Positions 54,331-64,000 of a stretch of DNA of 64,000 nucleotides are shown here, piece by piece; the stretch's first letter is position 1; each line of letters begins with the position of its first letter. The stretch lies in NCBI GenBank assembly GCA_951406725.2, contig OX597815.1, positions 32,488,001 to 32,552,000 of the forward strand, given 5' to 3'. The notes beneath the pieces were generated by a model, which saw only the letters and a list, made by a program, of their open reading frames with translations, made no database searches and was not told the origin of the DNA. A program made the position numbers and the translations under genes. Source of the stretch: Octopus vulgaris. Its lineage: Eukaryota.

Positions 54331-57300
54331 ATATCACTATCATAGTGATATTGAACATCATTATAATGATTTAAACTTCAATTAGCTTGAACATGCCACC
54401 CCAACTATGGCCATGCACTTAAGACAAAAATAAGCAACAATCCTCATATCCAATGCCCAATCCTAATTTTTTGGTTTAAGTGTCTGGGAAAAGTGTGTAT
54501 TATACATGAATAAGTTTGGTATTTGTTATAATAAAAAACGAACCTCATAAATAATAATTCTTAAAACTTTATATTGTATTTTACCTCTACCCCTTTATAT
54601 TTCCAGACCTTATTTCATGATATTGGAAAGATATCTAAAGAATTTAGATATTTTGGGCCTGATGAAGCCTTCTGGCTTCACAGACCCCAGTAGAACCGTC
54701 CAACCCATGCTAGCATGGAAAACGGACGCTAAACGACGATGATGATGATGATGATGAATTACAGTAGCATTTTAACCTGAATATTTTTTTATCAAATTTT
54801 TAAAAAATGCCATAACTGAAATTAAATAACTGAAACAGAAACTATAATAATTTCCATATATATCATTTCCTTTCCACCTGCTTTTTTGTCTCTCTCTCCC
54901 TTCTTTACTTTTCCAGTGTCTATGTGTCTCTCATTCATCATTAATCCTAATTATGTTTCTACACATACTTGCAACTTTTTATCTGTCTTTCACCACCTTT
55001 GTTCTTACTGTTCTAATTGCAAACTATGTTCATAAAACTCTTAAATGTTAACACTGAATACTTGCTTATTGTTTAAAATAGACCACCATACTCTCAAAAT
55101 ACATATTAGAGACTTCCTGTTCAAGTAACTGTATTACTATACCTACTGACAAATGTATGCTTATCCTGAAAAGCATTTGCGTTTATGAATTAGCTTTTTC
55201 ACATCAGTCTTGCTTGACCCTCACTGATCTTTCTGCTTGTGTCAGAACCAAACCTACATGTGCCACTTCTCCTATCCCTCCTTTTGTTTCTTATCTTCTG
55301 AAACAAATGTTGGCCCAATATTAAATTTCAAAACTTGTATACTTTTCTAAGTCCTTCCTGTCCTTATTGTTCTTGTTGTTTAATCCTAGTCAGCCCTGTT
55401 GAGCTCACCTATCTACAGATGATCAATGGCATTCCAACTGTTTTTAATTCAGACATGATATTATCTTAAACTATCTTGCTTCTTTTTGAAAGTGGTTGGA
55501 TATGATTTAAAAGATATTTGGCTACCATTTCTCCCAGATTGAATGAGTGTATAGATGCTCACTCGTTGGCTTGCCCTGTCCATATATTTTTTCTCAGTAC
55601 ATTTTTAAGCATTAGTCTACCATGATTCAAACTGAGTATCTATTGGGTGCCATAACAACTTCTAGTTATGCCTATTATGCTGTCTAGGCATGGGAGGGAT
55701 CACTCTAAGAGTCCTTACCTCACTGCCTTCTTCCCTACAACAACCAACCATTACATACCAGCTTTGTCTAGTAAGAATGGCTAAATTGCGAGATTTTTCC
55801 CCCCTACTCACATATGCAAATCCTCTTTCTCTTGAGGCATGTTATCTTAGAAGCGTTTTAAGTTAACTCATTACAGCAACTGATGATAAAACATCAGTTT
55901 GTCAAAGAATTCTGGGAAAATTACACTATGCAAGCAATAAAAAGTATTAAAAATATCCAAGAAGTGAAACAAAGTCTCTTTGATGTTTAATCAAAATTAT
56001 ATTGTAAGGTAGTTAAAGAAGACTACAGTGTAGCAGATGAAACAGTTTCACTCAACAATGGCCTTGGCACAGGAAGTAGGGTTAAGATCTATTAAATGAT
56101 GATAACAAAACCCTCTCTCATGGCACCCTTAAGAAGTTAACAAAATTGCAATTCTGAGCTAGTCCAGATAGCAAACTAGTCTTTTCCACTTTTCATTTTA
56201 GCAATAGGAATCAAATTCGATGACTGGCATCCGTGCTAGCAGGATGCAAAGAGCACCATACGAGTGTGATCATTGACAGAGTGGCTAACCGGCTTCCGTG
56301 CCAGTGGCACATAAAAGGCACCATTCAAGTGTGATTATTACCAGCGTCACCTTACTGGCACTTGCGCCCTGTGCTAGTAGGGTGCTAAGAGCACCATCCG
56401 AGCATGATCGTTGCCAGAGCGACTAACTGGCTTCCGTGCCGGTGGCACATAAAAGGCACCATTCGAGAGCGTGATCGTTACCAGCGTCACCTTACTGGCA
56501 CCTGTGCTGGTGGCATGTGTAAAAAGATTCGAGCGAGGTCATTGCCAATACCGCCTGACTGGCCCCCGTGCTGGTTGCATGTAAAAGCACCCACTACACT
56601 CTCGGAGTGGTTGGCGTTAGAAAGGGCATCCAGCTGTAGAAACTCTGCCAGATCAAGATTGGAGCCTGGTGCAGCCATCTGGTTCGCTAGCCCTCAGTCA
56701 AATTGTCGAACCCATGCTAGCATGGAAAGCAGACGTTAAACGATGATGATGACTAGACCTATCAAAGTATAGTGAAATAACTGAAGCTTTAGAATAACTT
56801 TCAGAAAACTGTCCTATTTTTAAACAAAGTCAGAAATTTGTAATGATAGCATTGAATTGTGACCAGAAAGACATTCATGAAAAGAACAGAAAGTAGTCAG
56901 TCCTTATAGAAATGAGAACTGGATAGACTAGTAGTATCATTATTTTGTATTGTTTTATACTTTGTGTTTGTTGCTTGAACAATGTGTGTATTATTTTATC
57001 AAATTACATCTAACTTTATTCAAAGGAGCATTGCTGTCCTGCTTCATTTAAAAATCAGCTTATTGAATTTCCATACAACTTCGATACAAGAAAAAGCATG
57101 TAACCCTTGATACACATGAATTGTTATTGTTTCTCATCATCCACTGTCCACCTCTTGTTCTCTATACCTACCACACACTGCTTGAAGCTTACAAACTTCC
57201 TACACTCAGATCCCTGGATTGCATTTTTATGTATTGAGATGTTCCATCACATGTATTTAGTACTTTTTCTTCCATTTATACACATGCACACATACAAACA

Positions 57301-57349
57301 CACACACACATACACACTTATGCATAGATGTATATATGTGTATGAGTCC

Positions 57350-57391
<42 letters not shown>

Positions 57392-57537
57392 GGATAGGCA
57401 CCTTGGGCAAGTGTCTTCTACTATAGGTTAGGGCTAACCAAAGCCTTGTGAATAGATTTAGTTGACGGAAACTGAAATAAGCCCATCATATATATGTGTA
57501 TGCAGGTGTATGTGCATATGTATGTCCATATATATAC

Positions 57538-57593
<56 letters not shown>

Positions 57594-57926
57594 GGAGAAT
57601 TCACAAAAAAAAAACAAAAGATGAAGACAGGTGGTGTAGACATCAAACAGATGTATTAGTATAATGCTCAGGAATATATATGTGTGTGTGTGTGTGTGCA
57701 TATGTATGTGCATATATATATATATATATATATATAACCATATCAAAGGAAAATGGAATTTAATTAAAATTAAAATATTCAATCAAAATTTACATTTCCA
57801 GTGGTCTAACGCTAAGTGGATTCCTTATGTGTATAAATATGCACTATATCGTATATATATATATATATACCTATCGTTGGTAAGACATAAATCGGAAAAA
57901 GAAGCACACTCTAGGTTATAGAGCAG

Positions 57927-58189
57927 TATATAATATAAATAAAGTTATATAAGGCTGGTTTATGAGATTACCCTGGGTTACACATCCATAAAGTACTTAG
58001 CTTTACGGCATATCATCAAATCCCAAAACCTGTTGGCTTAATGCCTCTCTAGTGAGTGGCTCGTTTGAGAGGCATTAAGCTGACAGGTTTCAAGATCTGA
58101 TGATATGCCGTAAAGCTAAGCACTTTATGGATGTGAAAGCCAAGGTTATCTCATAAACTGGCCTTGTCTAACTTTATTTATATTATATA
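57927..58189. mobile_element. Fold-back of two divergent, partly decayed hammerhead-containing repeats, third family
   Basis: Arms 57927-58049 and 58067-58189 are reverse complements. The + arm has CTGATGA (58097) ... GAAAGCCAAGGTT-ATCTC. The - arm reads gggat TTGATGA...GTAAC CCAGG GTA atctc. A partial copy at 41549-41615 keeps GAAACCCAGGGTA. Confidence 0.65.
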
Positions 58190-60083
58190 AAATATATGTG
58201 TGTGTGTGTTTGTGTGTGATTATTTTACTGTTTACTTGCCTTGACATTGCATGATTGTTGTAAGTCCTTTGTTTCCAATCTTGTATGAAAACATGTCTGG
58301 GCATACAAAACAAATAGATAAATGTATATATATATAGATAGATAGATAGATATCACACATCTGCTTTTCCATGCTGCGTTAGATCAGGCAGATATTGCAC
58401 AGTTAGTTGCTTTTCTGTTGTCATCCTTCACCTGTTTCCAAGAAAGGTAACATTTTATCATGCCCAGACATGTTTTCATACAAGCTTGGAAACAAAGGAC
58501 ACCACTTGCATGACAGTCACTTACAACTATCATGCAATGTCAAGGCAAGTAAACAGTAAACACACGCACTTACTAAACATAGACACACATAGGAGTATAC
58601 GCATGCGCAAATAAAGACACATACAATAGGAATACAAAATGGCTGATCGTTAGTAAGGAGGGACACACAAATAAGAAAGAAGAAAGCAAAGGACCACTGA
58701 TGAGGTCACAGAAGTGTGACAAAGGAACTCTGGAGGTGAGCTGCCACTGATCAGTAGCCACAAGTGTTTTTCTATTGGACAGTAAAAAGCACAACATGCT
58801 GTCTAGAAACATCCTGAGACATCCTTTGTGTATGTGCATGTGCACACATACATGTATATTCACCAGCATGGTTCTATGGTTAGGAAGTTTGCTCCTCTCA
58901 ACTACATGCTTTCAGATCCAGTCCTGTTGCATAACACTTTGAGCAAGTCTCTTCTACTGTAGCCCTAGGTCAGTGACTGTTTTATGAATGAATTTGGTAG
59001 ACACACACTCTACAGAAGCCCACCACATATGTGTGTGTGTGTGTGTGTGTTAATATTCTTGCACTTTGTATGGAAAAGGTACTGAACTACTAATGGTGTT
59101 GTTTGTTGACAATTCTCTAGTAACAAGCTATCCTGCTAGACCAACTCTTTCAAATATGAATAGACTGAAAAAAAATGCCCTTAATTGAAAAACTAGTAAG
59201 ATTTAGTAACAGGCTGTAGTAAAACAATACTTCTATAGTATGTATACATTTAACCAATGCTAGGATAGAAAAGCAGACATAAAACATGAATGTGTGTGTG
59301 CGCGCACGCACACACACACACATATATATATGGAAAGATGTGATTAATAAAACTTAGATATGTAAATCTCTGTTCTCCTAGTTTATTAATAGACACACAC
59401 ATACACACACACACATACAAATGGAATAGTTATAGTAGTAATACAAATCTCCATAATGTTATTTATTAAGTTATGCAATGGACTCATATTTAAAATAAAC
59501 CACACTATTGGAACGCATGTAATGCTGTTTTGAACTAGCTATTCATTTTTGTTTACCATACACATGCACACACACACACAAATATGTATGTACATTTATA
59601 TGTGTGTGTATATATATATATATATTCATCCCTGTGTTTGTGAAAGTTTTATATCTCTGCCGTAAGGCTTCATTTCCACACACACCAGCTGAATTCAATT
59701 CGTCCCCAGTCGAAAGATACCTGTTGTTATGTCCTGTTATTATTATTATTTTTATTGTATTTTGTATTTATATTTATGTAATATTCTCTGTTTTTCTCTC
59801 CTTGTTTTCGTATACATTTGATGCTTTCTTCCAAGGAATCTAATGCTCTTAGCTTAGTTTTTTTCTTGGGTCTGGCCAGATTGGAGCAATCTCAGGATTA
59901 GTCAGCCGAAATTGCGAGGATGATCCGGTTCTTGACTGAGGATAGAAAGCTTCAAATGACCTGTCCTTGATTTTTTGTATCGTCTATCTGGATATTTTGT
60001 TTCCCCTTTTGTTTCACCTAGTTGTCTTGATATTTTGCGTTCTTGTCCCATTTTGTATTTTATATATATATTTGATTTTGCAG

Positions 60084-60241
60084 CAAGCACTATTATCCTT
60101 ATCTGGGAGTCTAACAGTGTCCCTTACAGTTGCTAATTTAGTGTGTGCTCAGGCAGATGAAGATTTCAAAGCAAAACTTTTATGTACAACAATGCTAATG
60201 TCTGGTTGTTGTAGCCTTCTGCAAACAGTTATTGGCATTAG
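60084..60241 (+). CDS. SLC23/NAT transporter exon, TM1-TM2 (QALLSLSGSLTVSLTVANLVCAQADEDFKAKLLCTTMLMSGCCSLLQTVIGIR)
   Basis: Acceptor ttttgcag and donor AG|gtgagt. SG..SLLQTVIGIR matches the SLC23 'G.TTLLQTTFGCR' motif. Ends in phase 2. Confidence 0.95.
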
Positions 60242-61423
60242 GTGAGTGTTTACCTTTAAATAGTTTTTTTTTTGTTGTATTTTTAGTTTTTCTTTTTATA
60301 ATATATTTTGGAATTTCTAGTGATGTCTGCCCCACTTGCTATCAAAATGACTTGGGAGTAACCCTGGAGGGATTTGTTACGAATCAGTCATTATTGATTT
60401 CAAATTTTGGCATAAGGCCAGCAACTTCGGCTGAGGAGTTAAGTCAATAACATCGACCCCAGAGCTCAACTGGTACTTATTTTATCAACCCCAAAAGGAT
60501 GAAAGTCAGAGTTGACCTTGGTAGAATTTAAATTCAGAATATACAGATAGATGAAACACCACTAAGTATTTTTCCCCGGTGTGCTAATGATTCTGCTAGC
60601 TCACCACCTTCTATCACTGTCATTTTTTATCAACATTTTATTGTCTCTATTTGTAAGCTAGAATTGGTTGGACGAGTCTTGGGTACAACAAAGATGGTTA
60701 TCCATTGGTTTGGATGATGGGGATTCATTTGTTCAATCAGTTGGATTATCTTCTCATTGAATTAGTGTATAAGTGGTTGAACATTCCATGGATCCCTTTT
60801 AAACAGGCACTGTGTTGGTTACGACAAAGTAGGTTCCAGTTGATCTGATCAATGGAACAGCCTGCTATGAAATGAACATGCATGTGGCTGTGAGCATTCC
60901 ACAGACACGTGTACTCTTAACATAGTTCTCAGGGAGATTCATGTTGGCACAGAGTGTGACAAGGCTGGCCCTTTGAAATACAGGTACTACTCATTTTTAC
61001 CAGTTGAGTGAATTGGAGTAATGTGAAATAAATTGTCTTGCTCTAGGGCACAGTGCATTGCCAGGAATTGAACTTACGACCTTACGATCATGAACTGAAT
61101 ACTCTAACCATTAAGCCACATGCCTTTGGACCCCTTTACTCTTTATATAATTCTCAGGCAGAATCTGCATGTCACTGTGAGTGGCAAGACTGCACCTCTG
61201 AATTTACACCTGCAATCATGCAGGTGTGTCAGGCTGCCAGCATAACTTTAGATTGGAGTTTAACTGTACATTTATTTCTATTGAAAAAAGGACCTTCTGC
61301 TTATGAAATAAATAAATTCTTTTCTCATTCTTGTTTACATGGATGAATCTATTGATTTATCTTTAGAAGAAAAATCAACACTTATTTCTCTTATAACCAT
61401 TTTAATATTTATTCTTTATGCAG

Positions 61424-61509
61424 ATTACCCCTTTACCAAGGACCTAGTATAGAATATATGATTCCATTGCTAGCACTTTCAACTCTGCCAGAATGGAAAT
61501 GTCCAGATT
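61424..61509 (+). CDS. SLC23/NAT transporter exon, TM3 (R-LPLYQGPSIEYMIPLLALSTLPEWKCPD)
   Basis: Acceptor ctttatgcag completes the split Arg codon (AG|A). RLPLYQG...WKC matches SLC23 'RLPLFQ...WKC'. Donor T|gtaagt. The gene continues beyond the window. Confidence 0.95.
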
Positions 61510-64000
61510 GTAAGTATATCTTTATATAATTCTGAAGCAGCCACATTGGTATGCATTCATTTCAGGTTATTATGAAAGAACATATTACTTGTTATCAAAT
61601 TAGATCATAAACTGCTTTTGTTTAAATCAAATATATTATAATGCCTCTTAGTTGGAGGTTTTTTTTTAATGCCGTGGTTTTGTCTTTCATTTGGATTAAG
61701 TCGGTAATTAAACTGCACTTCTTGATGACTATAATCTAATATCTAAGAAAGAGCAACAAAGAAAATAACCTATCCAACAACTGATACATTTTATCATAGT
61801 CATCCAAGTCGCCTTACTGGCACCTGTGCTGGTGACATGTGTAAAAGGATTCGAGCGAGGTCGTTGCCAGTACTGCCTGACTGGCCCCTGTGCCAGTTGC
61901 ACGTAAAAAGCGCCCACTACACTCTTGGAGTGGTTGGCGTTAGGAAGGGCATCCAGCTGTAGGAACTCTGCCAAATCAAGATTGGAACCTGGTGCAGCCA
62001 TCTGGTTCGCCAGACCTCAGTCAAAATCGTCAAACCCATGCTAGCATGGAAAGTGGACGTTAAACGATGATCATGATTCATTTCCTTTATTAAACAGAAG
62101 TGGGGAAAAAAGGCTGAAAAAGTATCAGGCTGCAGTAATGTTCTATTTTTAATCATTTTATTGCTTTTGCTAGACTGCACCTTCCTTGTTAATTATGTCT
62201 TGTTTACACACATCTTTTGACATTGATGTGTATTACAACTGACTTCCTTTTTATTACCATTCTCTTTGGGAATATTCAGTGGTTTGTTTTAAATGTATTT
62301 CTCTAGAACAACCACAGATCTGATACCCATATCTGTTAGGGCTTAAATTCAAAGTTACTAATCACCAAGTTGCAATTTCAAGCATCTGGTCATTTTGGCA
62401 TTTTACAGCAAAATTGTCCCGCCTCTCCTGTTTAACCAATATATATTTTATCATCTCAAAAGTGATAAAAATTGATTTGAACTAAAAGAAAAAATGTGAA
62501 TCACGAAGTAAATTACAATATTGTTATTAGTGAATATCAGTGTCAGTGTAGCTATATCTTTCTTAAGTCAACTACCAACAGCAATTTATTGGTCTTCTTT
62601 AAAGATCATTTTCCTAGTTATATGGCAGCATTATAACTATGTGTATTATGCTGTTGTTGTTCTTGTTTAATCCTAGGTTGGTTCTGATCAAACATGCCTA
62701 TGATCAAAAGAACATCCTATACTATATATCTAACATTGCATCATTCCAGTGTATCCTTTTCTTTATGAGAAAAGATTGTGACTTGGAAGAGAGTTGGCTG
62801 CTTTTTCTAGCAGATTGAGCAATGACCTAGAAACTCTTTCACAGGCTCATCTATAACTAGTTATATCAAGTTGTGTACATAAGACACTTTTTGTTGGCAT
62901 CCTACAAGATCATGGCATGTGCTGATAGAATTCTGGTGCCTGCTGTAACCACAGGTTAACCAATGCCTTGTGAGAAAAATTTGGCAGAAGCCAATAAGAA
63001 TGTGAGCATGTCGTCATCATCATCATCATCGTTTAGCATCCGCTTTCCATGCTAGCATGGGTTGGATGGTTCAACTGGGGTCTGGGAAGCCAGAAGGCTG
63101 CACCAGGCCCAGTCTGATCTGGCAATGTTTCTACGGCTGGATGCCCTTCCTAACACCAACCACTCCGTGAGTGTAGTGGGTGCTTTTATGTGCCACCGGC
63201 ACGGGTGCCAGACAAGGCTGGCAAACGGCTACGGACGGATGGTCCTTTTTACGTGCAACCAGCATGGGGGCCAGGCGAGGCTGGCAACAGCCACGATTGG
63301 ATGGTGCTTTTTACGTGCCACCGGCACGAGGCCAGTCGGGGCGGTGCTTGCAACGGCCACATGTGTATATGTATTATTCCCTTGACATGTATGCCCCAAT
63401 TGTAAGCAAAAAGCTACATTCATAACAACCCATGCTATTTGTTTGCAATCCTTCTACAAAAGCATGTCTAGGTTGTTATTTAATAGACAAGGGAAAGTGT
63501 TACTTTGCTTGGAAGTAGGCGAGGGTTGGTGACAGGAAGTACATCTGGCCATAGAAAATCTGCTTCATCAAATATGACTGAAGATATTTGTTGGAATGTT
63601 GTAATAAAATTGTCAAATGGGAGAAGCACAAGTCCATGTCTCCTGCATTTATTATGCTATGTCTCTGAGCAAGATATTTAATTCTAGTCCTTTGTACTTT
63701 CTCATTTCACTTCTGTGTGAAGAATAAGAAACGAAGCTGAGAATGTTTCTTGCAATAGAATGACATATTTATTCAAGACCAGGTTCATTTCCCATCCATT
63801 TAATATTACTGAATCTGGACGTAAGTATCAGGTTTATCACCAGACATCTCAGTTCAGTGTCATTTCCTCTGTGAGTTCCAACATCCTGAGATCAGTCCTC
63901 ACCACTTCATCTCATGTTTTTCAGGGTTTCCCTCTTCCACAGGTGTCATCCACTTTCTTTCACTAACCAGCACTTCTTTATACAGCTATCTTCATTCATA

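Noticed and set aside
59686-59740. cag-CTGAATT...GAAA...GTC-ctg as another hammerhead
   Set aside because: The core deviates at G8 and A9, and stems II and III do not pair convincingly.

Overview
AT-rich, microsatellite- and transposon-dense animal genomic DNA. The repeat families look like those of octopus or other coleoid cephalopods, which is my recognition and not a database result. One spliced protein-coding gene runs on the + strand across almost the whole window: an SLC23/NAT (NCS2, nucleobase-ascorbate transporter) family member. Its coding exons are 7005-7079, 45544-45594, 50791-50955, 60084-60241 and 61424-61509, and it continues past the window end. Nearly all other ORFs in the track are microsatellite or repeat noise. 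The introns hold RTE-like LINE fragments and many copies of their 3' end, tRNA-derived SINEs, mariner remnants, TTAA-flanked MITEs, Helitron-like elements, a decayed Ty3/Gypsy pol and a Penelope-like RT fragment. Two signals are not explained by these features. The first is a set of unrelated type I hammerhead-ribozyme motifs, including a retrozyme-like locus at 8385-9047 whose 266-nt monomer starts and ends exactly at the predicted cleavage site, and a tRNA-head plus hammerhead unit. The second is a high density of local fold-back duplications, with arms up to about 1 kb, often centred on (TA)n.
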